From positions 17,298,001 to 17,362,000 of the forward strand of contig NC_043001.1 in assembly GCF_006345805.1 (NCBI RefSeq): a stretch of 64,000 nt of DNA, read 5' to 3'. Below the pieces are notes generated by a model. It was not told where the DNA came from and searched no databases. It saw only the letters and a list, made by a program, of their open reading frames with translations. The number at the start of each line of letters is the position of its first letter. Position 1 is the first letter of the stretch. Positions 1 to 11,920 of this stretch are shown here, piece by piece. This DNA is from Octopus sinensis. Its lineage: Eukaryota. The translations under genes were made by a program, and so were the position numbers.

Positions 1-127
1 AGTTAATGAATTAAACCTAACATTAAAAGCAGAAATAGTATAATAACTAAGGCTTAATTTAAAAATCAAACATAAATTAAAATAGTTGGAAATAACAAAT
101 ATAAATAACATATTATATTATATTATA

Positions 128-490
128 CTAGCACTATGACCCGGCAACGCCGGGTTATAGTGCTAGTGCATGCATATACAGCTGCGTGCGTGCGCACATA
201 CACGCGAGTACTGTCCAAATCTGCGACCAATCACATACAGCTAGCTGGCATTCAATTGACGTATCAAGTTTCAGGCATTTTGATTGGGTTTTGGATAGAA
301 CATTCACAAAAAGGTCACTTCTATTGATTTTTTAATGGCTTTGCGGGGTGACTGGGGAAATGTAAAGATGTGCACGACCACCCTTGGACGGTTTTGAATG
401 ACCATAGAAAGTGCGAGCCGTCTAACTGAAAGATTGTGGATTTGTATAAAGGACATTCAAACACATGTACACGTATACACACATGTACAT
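128..490 (-). mobile_element. Helitron-type non-autonomous element, 3' end (5' end not identified)
   Basis: CTAG|T end on the minus strand at 128. It lies within an 18-bp hairpin CTAGCACTATGACCCGGC-AAC-GCCGGGTTATAGTGCTAG (128-166), and the terminus resembles that of the complete element at 47745. The distal boundary is approximate. Confidence 0.55.
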
Positions 491-838
491 GAATTTATTT
501 CATTTTATTTCTACTTTATTTACTATATATTTATTCTAACTTTACTTTTTATTTTTATTTTTATTATATTTTTATCTTTATTGTTATTTTATACTTTATT
601 CCATTTTAATTTTATTTTTACTTTATTTCTGCTCGTATATAAATCATCTATATACCTAATCTATATATCAGTACACATAAATATTGATGCACATGTTGAC
701 ATACACACTTGTTGCGTATACGTGTGTATGTGTATATTGATATATGTGTCTATGTGTGTGTGAATGTGTGTGTATAAACTTGTGTAAATGTGTATAAATA
801 TATATATATATAATATATATATACATACACACACACAC

Positions 839-889
<51 letters not shown>

Positions 890-913
890 TGTAACAATTA
901 TTCGGTTGCCGTT

Positions 914-972
914 ATAAAACTTCGAGCTTCGGATATCGCGGCTGAAATCTGCTCCGGCATCTCGTCAGTTAT
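914..972 (-). ncRNA. Degenerate type I hammerhead ribozyme, family H1
   Basis: Minus strand reads ATAA CTGACGA GATG...TATC C GAAG CTC G AAG TT TTAT. Homologous to 21375-21435, but GAAA is changed to GAAG. Confidence 0.55.
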
Positions 973-998
973 TAAGACACACAAAAATGCTATGAACA

Positions 999-1076
<78 letters not shown>

Positions 1077-1139
1077 CTTAGATAAACTTAGATGTGTTTC
1101 GACCAAAGATTGGTCCAGGCCATGTCTAACTTAATAGCA

Positions 1140-2717
1140 CCACCTGATAGGATTATTCGAATCCTGTTTAAGTCAAGTTTTGTTTATGGTCCATACAAGT
1201 AGTGAGTTCTTGTTGGGTGAGTTGTATCCAATTATGGGTGGCTTATCTGGTATTCTTTGAAGGAATCTATCCAGACTCCGTTCAAAGTTGATGGGATCCT
1301 TTTCCTCTTTGATCTCTTTCAGGACAATGTTAAATAGGGCAGGGCCTGTTGAGGAAAAGAAATTATGTTGCAGTGTACATGTATGCTGTGATCTTGAATT
1401 GGGCAGGGGACGTATGGCTCGTTGTCCCAGTCTTGGATGAACCTTGAAGCTAATGTTCAGGTCGTTTGGGCAAAGTTGGCGGTATATTTTCCACATCGTA
1501 CAAATGATGTACCGCTCACGGCGACGCTGGAGGGAGTAAAGTTTCAAGGCTTTAAGGCGATCCCAATAATCGAGAGCAGCCATGCCTTCAATTCGTTTAG
1601 TGAGTGCCCTCTTGGGTGACTCAATCCTCGAGATGTTTTGTCTTGTATGGGGAGACCACAGTGGGCAGCAGTAGTCGAGGTGTGGCCGTACAAAGGAGGA
1701 GAAAAGTGGTATGATGACACCTTGTTCTCTGGACCGGAAAGTTCTTAAGATCCAGGAACTCATCCTACGAGCTATATCGACCTTCTTGTTGATGTGTGCA
1801 CTCCAACTGAGATCGTCATCAACAATTACACCCAGGTCTCTGATATTGTTAGAGGCTGTGAGCGGTTCCCCTAAAGGAAGAGTGTATGGCTGTTTTAGTG
1901 AGGAATTTCTTCCAAAATGCATCAGTTCGAATTTTCCCTCGTTCAGATGCATTTTGTTTCTTTCTGCCCATTGACTCACAGCATATAGATCAGACTGGAG
2001 TTGAGTTCGGTCTGCTTCTTCATTGACGATTTGCTGGAGCTTAATGTCATCAGCAAATATTTTCACTTTGCAGTAATGTACGACACTGGAAAGGTCGTTT
2101 ATGTAAATTATGAAGAATAGCGGACCCCAAAACAGTCCCCTGGGGGACACCGCTGGTGACTTTTGCTGGACTTGAGTGGATCCATCAACTACAACATGTG
2201 GTGTAAGAGCTGTGTTAGACAGTCCCTGCCACAGCGAAAGCCATGCTGATTTGCATTTAGGAGTTTGTGGGTCTCCAGGAAGTCAGCTATCCTTGATCTT
2301 AACACTCTTTCAAACGCTTTAATGATGTGGGAGGTGAGTGAGATTGGGCGATAGTTGAGTGCGAGGGATCTGTTTCCCTGTTTGAAAACCGGGATGACTG
2401 ACTGGGATAGAAACCAGCGTCTAACGAATTTCTCCAAAGGTTGGTCTAAGGGACTGCAAGTTGGTGTTTACATTCCTTCAGGAGACTAGCGGGGAATCTA
2501 TCAGGACCTACAGCAGAATAGTATTTGACCTCATTTATTGCTGCTACGATGTCAGTGGCAGTGAAGGTTATGTCTGAGAATTTATGTTGGGAGTCAACTT
2601 CGTTCGCTTCTCTTACGTCAATATCAGTGGGGACACTAAAGACAGAGCAGTATAGTTTCTGCAGTATTTCTGCCATTTCTTTAGCATCGTGTTGGAGAAT
2701 GCCGTTATCATCAATCA

Positions 2718-2718
<1 letters not shown>
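1140..2718 (-). mobile_element. 5'-truncated, frameshifted CR1/L2-like LINE (reverse transcriptase remnant)
   Basis: ORFs 2446-2720, 2189-2437 and 1173-2150 give GPDRFP, IPVFKQG..NYRPISLTS..K.FER, NQHGFR, a frameshifted GVPQG-like motif, YINDL, FADD, DLGV.VDDDLSW and LKLYSLQRRRERY. The DFxKAFD segment is missing between TQLL and VVVDG. Confidence 0.92.
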
Positions 2719-2792
<74 letters not shown>

Positions 2793-2844
2793 ATATATAG
2801 ACATATTGTTGTTGTTGACGTCCTGTACCCATATATGCACATAT

Positions 2845-3565
2845 ATATATATAATTTGAGGGAATATTATTCCTAACTTACAGGGAAAAATTCAATTTAG
2901 AAATACTAAATCAAATTTCACAAAATATAATATATATATATAAATTAGAAAAAAACACCTTTCATCAATTCAAAATGAACAATTAAATTACACCATCTAG
3001 AAAATTACATATAATAGAAATATAAAAAATAAAATAACAATAATATACCGATGATTAAGTAAATTACAAAATAATAATAAGAACGTATATATTTTGTAGA
3101 ATAACGACACGTGTTTCGTGGTTATATTTAAGAAATGATTATAGTAAAAAATTTATAGTAGTAGCAAAATCACTTCGATTTAAATATAGCCACTCATCAG
3201 GTTAAAAATAAACTACTAATAAATATACGTAAGTAATCTTTTAAAATATAAATATATTCTTTAATATATATATAAGATATTAAATATACATTAAGTGAAA
3301 ATTAAAAACAATACTTAAATTATACATACTTTAAAATTAATTAATATACACAATGCTAGTACAAGCCATTAATATTGTAATCAAAATAAGAAATGGTTCA
3401 AATATAGACAAACTCATTAAATAAGTTAACTATAAAATTAATATATATGTGTAGTTTCTATAGATTTAATATATCACTCAATAATATAGTTGACTAAATA
3501 TCAACTAATATAAAACCTAATTTACTAAATTTAATACTATTTAATAAATATACCACCTAATAATA
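2845..3565 (-). mobile_element. AT-rich Penelope-like/pLTR-type element carrying a hammerhead
   Basis: Contains the HHR at 3102-3204. Its 2855-2915 segment recurs inverted at about 29437-29498, with a related segment near 49920-49975. The Penelope assignment is inferred from the HHR type. Confidence 0.45.
3102..3204 (-). ncRNA. Type I hammerhead ribozyme with long stem II, intact core
   Basis: Minus strand: TAAC CTGATGA GTGGCTATATTTAA...TTAAATATAACCAC GAAA CACGTG TC GTTA. Palindromic stem III ACACGTGT, GUC triplet, 4-bp stem I. Confidence 0.8.
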
Positions 3566-3589
3566 ACAATAATAATAATAATAATAATA

Positions 3590-3607
3590 TTATTGTTGTT
3601 GTTGTTG

Positions 3608-3641
<34 letters not shown>

Positions 3642-3752
3642 TAGTGTTCAGGTCACTGCTTGGAGTCAAACTCGGCATATGGCGTAGTGGTTAAGAGCGC
3701 GGGCTACTAACACCAATATTCCGAGTTCGATTCCAAGCAGTGATTTGAACAC

Positions 3753-3785
<33 letters not shown>

Positions 3786-3955
3786 TAATAATAGTAATAA
3801 TAATAACATCGAAAAATACCTTAGAAATGAGAACCAAGGTTCGAAATTTCCCCAAGACACCTGAAGAAGGCTGGAGGGTATATCAGCCGAAGCGTTGTGT
3901 TAACAACAGACAAGGTGATGACAAATATCCGTCGAATGTAAATAATGTAAATAAT
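3590..3955 (+). mobile_element. tRNA-headed SINE-like element with (AAT)n spacer, hammerhead and 5' inversion (family G), copy 1
   Basis: A box TGGCGTAGTGG (3680-3690), B box GAGTTCGATTCC (3723-3734), (AAT)n, then an HHR at 3856-3901. 3641-3675 is an inverted copy of 3721-3755. Confidence 0.75.
3856..3901 (+). ncRNA. Minimal type I hammerhead, one core substitution
   Basis: GACAC CTGAAGA A GGCTG gagggtatat CAGCC GAAG CG TT GTGTT. GAAA is changed to GAAG; the copy at 27346 retains that A. Confidence 0.65.
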
Positions 3956-4814
3956 GAAATGAGTCTTGTTTTGTCCGAAGGCGCGTCAATAACTGTAACA
4001 AAAGAGGTGTTGATGTTATGTAATATACATTGTATTGGTCTGTCAGACAACTTCCTTCATTGTTTTCTATTTGGCACGCCATCGTCATATACGTAAAAAG
4101 TGATAGATGTATTGAGATCTCAAAAACGATAAAAGTTATATAACGGAGCTACAAAAAATACAATCAAAGACTGGTGAAATTGTTTGTGTTTATTCAAATA
4201 ACATTGGAATGAACTAAAATGAATATGAAAAACAAAAGAAGCGAACGAATTTATCTGGCAACTTAATATAAACAAGGGTTGTGTGAATGTTGATGGAAAA
4301 GTGTTGATGGAAACGTGGTGGAAGAACTGGAGTATAACAACAGAGTCCAGTAGCGATAGTGTTAACAACCAATAGTAATAAGAATGGGAGTGGCACTGAT
4401 GAGGAAGTTGATTATAATGGTAGTGGTGGAAGTAATTGTACCAATGAGAACGATGGTGTCTAGAAATGAATGAATGAATTCACAATGATGATAGTCGTGG
4501 TATATATACATACATACATATATATATTTACGCATACATACACACATACATACACATATACATACATACACACATATATATATATATATTAATACATATA
4601 TATATATACTTATTATATTATATTTATCATTCTTTTTGTACTTTTTGGGAAAAAATAAAATAAAATAAAAAATATATAATAAAAATAAAAATAAATATTT
4701 ATATATATATTATATATTATATTAATTATATTTATATTATTTGTTATTTATGTATTGGTTTATGTCTATCACTGTTTGAGTTGCATAATAGTGGTTTATC
4801 TCTAATTCATATTT

Positions 4815-4886
<72 letters not shown>

Positions 4887-5439
4887 GGGGGTGTATACAG
4901 ATACATGTATTGTTATATTTCTGGCTGCCCATGTTTTTGCAAAATAAACACACGCATTATATATTCGTTCTTCACTTTAGATTCATCATTTTTCTTATTT
5001 TATGTCCGGAAATATTTCGTCACACGTCCTGCGACCTCTTCACCGACTCTCCTTCCATGTGTCTCCTGTTGTGTTACCTGTTCTGTTCCCTCCTTTTCTC
5101 TATATAAAGGCTGTTTTGAACTTCATTGATTACTCGATAATACAACGGGCACTATACTAGCGCGCTCGACAGTTGTATTATTAGAGACTTATAACAGTTC
5201 TTTATATATATATATATACTCGAAATAAGAAGTGGCGATTATAACATCTCTATGAAAATTTTTCAAAATAAAGATGGCGTTAAAGAAGAACGGTATGTTA
5301 TTGTTTTATGCTTTTTTTTTCTTTTGCTTTTGCTCGGGACAAGAGGAGAGCTGTGAGCACGTTTCTCTTTCAACAGATGCTATCGGAATAGTAATTGTTC
5401 TACTCTGACTCCTGCCAGACACAAGATTGAGAGAAGTCT

Positions 5440-5612
5440 GGATATATACATACAATGAAATGATCCGATCAACGAGACAGCCTCCTCGTGATATTAACGT
5501 GCAAGTGGCTGAGCACTCCACAGACACTTGTATCCTTAACGTAGTTCTCGGGGAGATTCAGCTTGACACACAAAGTTTGTCAAGGTCGACCCTTTGAACT
5601 ACAGGTTTCTAC
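5440..5612 (-). mobile_element. SINE family A fragment (3' half)
   Basis: Matches 26200-26345 (AACGTGCAAGTGGCTGAGCACTCCACAGACAC...). Confidence 0.75.
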
Positions 5613-5707
5613 CAAGCTGGGATACTTGCCCTCATTCGTAGGTGGAACACTGCCTTTGAAGTATGCTGAGAAGTAAAGATGTTTAGTTATATTATGAAGT
5701 ACGTAGT

Positions 5708-5938
5708 CGGCAAGCTGGCAGATGCGTTAGCAAACCGAGCAAAACGCTTAGCAGCGATTCGTCTGTCATTATGTTCTGAGTTCAAATTTTACCGCGGTTG
5801 ACATTGCCTATAACTTTTTTTTTCGGGGCGGATAAAATAATTACCAGTTAAGCAATGGGGGTGATGTAATCCGTTTGTCTGTCCTTGTTTGTCCTCTCTG
5901 TGTTTAGCTCCTTGTGAGTAGTAAAGAAATAGGTATGA
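5708..5938 (+). mobile_element. SINE family D, single degenerate copy
   Basis: Head with GAGTTCAAATT B box, followed by the GTCTGTCCTTGTTTGTCC...GTAGTAAAGAAATAGG unit shared with the arrays. Confidence 0.75.
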
Positions 5939-6289
5939 AGTTACTTCTGTGGGCTGTCAAGATACCACCCTCCGGATTGTCCTGTTCAAAGTGAAATCAA
6001 GTGTGTTGCTCAAGGACACAAATCGCTACTGAGAATCGAACTGACGCCCTTAAGATCGTGAACTGAATTACCCTAACCATGAAGGCACGTGCCTTCAAAC
6101 TATGACAGTATTTGTATCAGTTCATGGCTGTCGCAGAGATGCAGGCTCGAACTTGATCAACCTGGAAACCGTCTCCATGTGACTGTATGATTTGTAAAGG
6201 ATCTTTATAATATAAAGCTTCTTTATATTACAAATCAATGGGTGTTTTAACATCCGTTCATTTTTTTTTTTCATCTCCCTATACTATAT

Positions 6290-6680
6290 ACTGTGAAGTC
6301 GCAATGGACCAGTGGTTCGGGCAGCGGACTCACGATCGGACGATCGTGGTTTCGATTCCCAGACCGGGCGTTGTGTGTGTTTATTGAGCGAAAAACACCT
6401 AAAGCTCCACGAAGCTCCGGCAGGGGGTCGGGTGGCGAGCCTTGTGGTACTCTTTCACCCCAACTTTCTCTCACTCTTTCTTCCTGTTTCTGGAGTAACG
6501 CTGCGTTGTGTTCTTGAGCAAAACACTTCATTTTACGCCGCTCCAGTCCACTCAGCTGGCAAAAATGTGTAACGCTGCGATGGTCTGGCGTCCCGTCCAC
6601 CTGGGGGGAACACATACGCCATAGAAAACGGGAAACCGGACCCATGAGCCTGGCTAGGCTTGAAAAGGGCGCATAAAAAA
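6290..6680 (+). mobile_element. tRNA-derived SINE family B with an inserted family A module
   Basis: A box TGGACCAGTGG, B box GTTTCGATTCC and the GGAAACCGG..ATGAGCC tail. Carries a 63-bp insert at 6506-6568. Confidence 0.85.
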
Positions 6681-7046
6681 ATACTATATATCATTTTATA
6701 ATTAATTTCAAATATATTCATTGGTATGAATATAAGGTGGACATAAACAATCCACAGCAATATTATATTATATTTTAAAAAGCGAATATTCAAAGAATGA
6801 AAGAGCTTGACAAACTATTACATCAAATAATTTGGTGTTATGATATGCTAATATCCTATGACACCAGCTTATTTGCAGGATTGCCGACATTCGGTAAGTG
6901 CATTCAGAGTGGTGAATTTGCAAAACCAAATATATGCCACAAAAACTCAAGTGGCAAAACGCATTCCTGTTATAAGAGCTAATTTATAGAAAACATTATA
7001 CTTATGCACTCGTACACATATTTCACACACACACATACATATATGC

Positions 7047-7078
<32 letters not shown>

Positions 7079-7144
7079 ATCCATACAGTGAAACACACAT
7101 GTACATACACACATATACATACACATATATATACATATATGTAC

Positions 7145-7182
<38 letters not shown>

Positions 7183-7264
7183 TATATATATGTATGTATA
7201 TATATATACATATATCCATAGTCAAACACACACTCACATATACATACACGCATACACACGCGCA

Positions 7265-7316
<52 letters not shown>

Positions 7317-7949
7317 CGTATGATGTGTGTGTATGTGTGTTTGTGTGTTTATTTCGTGCTCCAATGTTATCTTAACAAATGATCACATTAACTACTCGAA
7401 ACTATGTAAATACGTATATGATGTGTCTATGTTTGCCGTTGTAATTCAAAGCTGTAGTTTCACTATGTGTTTATACAATTAGATTCAATGATACACAGAG
7501 ATTACTATTTACGAGAAACTTCAGGACTAAGAGATATGACACTACAGATTCTGTCTGGTCAGGTATGGAATGGTCAAGTACCGCATTCTATGACATTGCA
7601 CATACATGCATACGTACATGGGTCAATAAAAATCTGCAAGACATTCTTGAAATTGTAAGGATAATGAACAAGCTAAGATGCTTTGCTTCACAACTTTGCT
7701 AGAAATGTGGTGGCCAATCAGAATATATCTATAACTATAAAATTGTAAAAGTGTAGGAGCGTGTACATACATAAATACATACATACATACATGGTGGCTG
7801 CCCCTTCGTTATCGAGTATGGCCATAGCACAAAACTTAATCAATGTTGTTATCGTTCAATGCCTGTGCCAGATGATTTTTTTTAAAGTGAGGTTAGGCTG
7901 TGAACTGAGTCAATCCCACTCACTAAGCAACAGCGGTCATAATCCGAAA

Positions 7950-8345
7950 AGAAGAACAAGTCAACATTATCGGTAACCACTGAGCCGCAGGTTTTATGTC
8001 GGAGTTATCCCAGTTACCCGAGTTACCTTCTCCTAGAAGGATGCCCTAACAAAGGCTAGGAGTCCTTTACTCCCAATGAGTTAACCGCGCGATCGGGTAT
8101 TCCAGTCCTATTATTTCTATGTCCCCGCGCATGATACAGCCTTAAGACATTTATTGGGTGGCCGTCGTCTCTCAAGAGTTCCTCCGCCCTTTGACGGGTT
8201 TTGTCTTTCATCCCGCAGGGTGTCCATTAAACACCCTCCTCACTAAGCAAGCTTGGTGGGGTTGCCGGTTTAGTCGCCGACGAACCGACCATGCAACAGG
8301 TTATACTGGGTTACATGTTACCAGTAGCACTCGAAAGTGACCTGA
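7950..8345 (-). mobile_element. Probable RTE-type LINE 5' UTR remnant
   Basis: GC-rich non-coding island with GAGGAGGG, GGGCATCC...GGAGAAGGTAACTC and TAAAACCTGCGG motifs. These resemble RTE leaders as I recall them; no ORF. Confidence 0.4.
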
Positions 8346-8546
8346 TATAAACATACATACATCCATCCATACATATATACATACTCAAAGGATATTGGAA
8401 TATTACTCATATATACCATTATGCATATAAAACTGATTTATGAACTCAATACTCATACATATCTTACATCTATTTTCTTTCCTCCACCTCACTCTCTATT
8501 TATATCACATCGAAACTAACTATGACTTAATTTTTCCTCTCACACC

Positions 8547-8598
8547 GTCTCCGATAAAGGGATATTATTAATTAATATTCTAGAAACAGCTGTAAGAC
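8547..8598 (+). ncRNA. Degenerate hammerhead, CCGATGA-core family (element about 8385-8650)
   Basis: GTCT CCGATAA [GGATATTA/TAATATTC] A GAAA CAGCTG TA AGAC. Homologous to 56327-56376. Confidence 0.5.
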
Positions 8599-9429
8599 CT
8601 TCTATCTATAAATGCTCTAATATCTATACAGCCTTGGGGTTTTTAATCTCATTATGCAAAAATCCATATATACATATTTACATACATACATACATACATG
8701 CATGCATACATACATACATACATACATACATACATACATACATGCATACATACATACATACATACATACATACATACATACATACATACATACATACATG
8801 TGTATGATATGCAACTATATGCATGAGAATACATACATTAAACAAAGCATGCAAATCTGCACGTATACATATATAAATACATGCATACATACAAACATAC
8901 ATACACACATACAAAAATACCCTGTTGTTGATGTTTAAATTCCTATGAAAGAGCCTTCGATCTAGGCTAGAAACCATATCTTTCTCTATTGACAAGAAAT
9001 CTTGGAATAAAACCAAATAATGCTACACACACACAAACTCAAACACACACATATACATACATACATATACATACATACATACATACATACATACATACAT
9101 ACATACATACATACATACATACATACATACATAAGTCGAAGTCTTTTGTCTACTGGAGATAGGGCCGTAGAATTGTCGTGCTGACGCCGGCTATTAAGCC
9201 AGAAACACGGATACAAAACTATTTTCTTTATCCACAGGTGATAAGCTTATCTTTTTCCTACATAACCTCTCAATTTTGGAGACTTCTTAAATCTAGAGAC
9301 TATCTTCCCTTCTTAAGAGGAGCTGATCATAACAGCCATCTTGTAACCATGGTAGATCGTCTAGAGGCGGAGGTAATTTTAATAAATCAATAATTTATGC
9401 TGTAAGGTATTTTTTATTCCTGTATTTGA

Positions 9430-9572
9430 TATGAGATCACCATGTCGCGCACATATGGTTGTGATGCATGTGCCTGGTGTACTCTTATCACACAGGTAGT
9501 CATGACGGGTATACTGGGCTTCGTATATTTTACCCCAGTATCACTTTGATGGCATGCACTGATGTCTCACTC

Positions 9573-9618
<46 letters not shown>

Positions 9619-9645
9619 GTAATAATGATAATAATAATAATAATC
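9430..9645 (+). mobile_element. SINE/LINE 3' end with (AAT)n tail
   Basis: GC-richer segment ending CTCACTC followed directly by about 70 bp of (AAT)n. Confidence 0.45.
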
Positions 9646-10043
9646 GTATTATAGTAACAGAGAAGCGTTTTTCTGCTAGTGTAATATGGTAATTATACCA
9701 GACATTTTCCTGATAGTCGCTACAAGATGTCTACATATTTGATTTCCAGTTTGTGTAATTTTTCTAAGTTACGTGTAATATTCCTTTGAATCTCTTGTTT
9801 GTTTAACAGTACTGACAGGTTTGGTAAACATTTCTGTCTTCATTTTATCAGTCCTAATCTCCCAATCTTTTAATTAAACTCAAAAGTTATTCTTCTTCTG
9901 CGTGCTCTGGTTGCTTAGTATGCTATAAGTAGTATGGTTCAGGGTTCTAAGGCATAAGCGTACCAAAAAAGATTAACCTGTGAGACATGCATGCATCCAT
10001 AATCACACACACACCACACACACACACATACACACACACATGC

Positions 10044-10088
<45 letters not shown>

Positions 10089-10090
<2 letters not shown>

Positions 10091-10880
10091 TATCAAATGT
10101 GAGGATAAAATTCTTTTGGAAAAAAGAAATTTTCTCGAAAAAAATGTTATCAATGGCCAGCATATTAAAAAATACCTTTAACGGTTAAATTTATAAACAA
10201 TTCATAAATGAGGAAAAAAATTCTAATGCCAAATATGCCGAAAAATTGGACATATTGTCCATTAACCATATAATTTTTTCACAATACGCACGCTACTCGA
10301 AAAATTTCTAAAAAATTCCACTATTACCATATCGGACCGATTTCAGAGTTAGCTACTAAGAGCCCTCTCTTCGTCAGTGATACATGTGGCAAAAGAAATA
10401 AATGAGATACTTACTCATACCCATGGAAGAAGCAAATAGTAAGTCATGGGCACAACTAAGTACCCCAAATACATCCAAAATAGAAATACTCCAGCCCATT
10501 CGAGGCACGTGCGATTTGAACTGAGACTCTCACAGAGTGAGTTAGTTAGTTCGGAAGTGAACACTTAAATTTATATCAATTGTGAGGATAAAATTCTTTT
10601 CGAAAAAAAATATTTTCTCGAAAAAAATCTTATCAATGGCTAGCATATTAAAAAATACCTTTAACGGTTAAATTTATAAACAATTCATAAATGAGGGCAA
10701 AGGAAAAAATTCTAATGCCAAATATGCCGAAAAATTGGACATATTGTCCATTAACCATATAATTTTTTCACAATACGCACGCTACTCGAAATTGTGAAAA
10801 AATTATATGGTTAATGGACAATATGTCCAATTTTTCGGCATATTTGGCATTAGAATTTTTTTCCTTTGCCCTCATTTATG

Positions 10881-10884
<4 letters not shown>
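10089..10884 (-). mobile_element. Penelope/retrozyme-like unit: direct repeats, hammerhead and terminal inverted arm
   Basis: 10089-10301 is repeated at 10572-10790 (period 483). 10791-10884 is the reverse complement of 10682-10774. The HHR lies between the direct repeats. Confidence 0.75.
10325..10382 (-). ncRNA. Type I hammerhead ribozyme, intact core
   Basis: Minus strand: TATCA CTGACGA AGAG...CTCT GAAA TCGG T CCGA TA TGGTA. Palindromic stem III, AUA triplet, 5-bp stem I with one G-U pair. Confidence 0.8.
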
Positions 10885-10918
<34 letters not shown>

Positions 10919-10988
10919 GTATATATATACATGTATATATACATATATTATATACATACATATATATTTGTGTGTGTGTATGTGTGTT

Positions 10989-11032
<44 letters not shown>

Positions 11033-11611
11033 GATAGCCTGTAACTCCCATACACAGTGTAAAACTAGAATTTGGTGGCACAACCTTTTTGAGAGATAAA
11101 TCCTTTGTGTCTCCCAATCATAGACATTGCACCATCAGTAGTACATGAGACTAAATTTTCATAATATGGAATTTCTTTTTCTTCAAAAAACGTTTTCACA
11201 GGAAAGATATAGAAGCGCCCGTTGTGTCAGTCTCCAACTGTTTTACAAATAATAAATCTTCTTGTAATGCACAGTTTCCATCAAAATATCGTACATATCC
11301 CATTAAAAAGGCTTTATTGTCAATAACTGTGCTTTTATCCATTTGAATAAAAAAATCCGTTGTTTTAAATCTTTGAATTAGTATGACTTCGATATGACCT
11401 GACATTTTATCAATTCCCCTACGAATAGAATTATTACTCAAAGGTAGAGCCTTAATGATAGATGAAGGATCTTGATTCATAACTTCTGCTTCTACAGCAG
11501 GCACAATAACCATTTCAGCTACCGTGTGTGCACTACCTGTTTTTGTAATAATTTCTGCAGTTTTATAGGAATCGATCAGTCCACAGTCATTAATTTTTTG
11601 TCTGTTTCAGT

Positions 11612-11755
11612 TGTGGCGGACGCCCCCAGGCGAGAAGTGGGCTGGTCCACTGCTAATAAATAGCGGACTGTGACAGTCAGTAAGTTCAGTCGGCAAAGGT
11701 ATGCTGTTCGGACCAGTACCGCAGAGACGACGAAATACGTAATCATAATGGGACA
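11612..11755. mobile_element. 144-bp TG...CA insertion (possible mini solo LTR)
   Basis: Starts TGTGGCGG and ends GGGACA. Flanked by TTTCAGT / TATCAGT, contains AATAAA and interrupts the hAT frame. Confidence 0.4.
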
Positions 11756-11920
11756 TATCAGTTTCTTAAATAATAATTTAACAGTAATCCGATTTTCAAA
11801 ATCAGTTTTCAGTCTCTCAGAATATTTTATAGGCTTACCGACTTTTACGAGTTGTTTCCTTTTCATGTAGTCACAGAGTCGAGAGGGCTTCGTGGTTTCA
11901 TTGAACAAAGATTGATGACA

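Noticed and set aside
1085-1135. Minus-strand CTG-GACCAA-TCT-TTGGTC-GAAAC in the LINE 3' flank
   Set aside because: It has a stem II and GAAA but lacks most of CTGANGA and has no valid stem III/UH.
3675-3745. tRNA-like sequence (also the heads at 22959, 26420, 34107 and 54615)
   Set aside because: There is no proper acceptor stem and each is followed by a repeat body, so these are SINE heads rather than tRNA genes.
7950-8345. Possible HDV-like ribozyme in the RTE-type leader
   Set aside because: I could not build a P1/P3/P1.1 double pseudoknot by eye; only local hairpins were found.
9175-9210. CGTG CTGACGC C GGCT-ATTA-AGCC A GAAA CACG
   Set aside because: Hammerhead-like, but A9 is altered and stem III/UH is absent.
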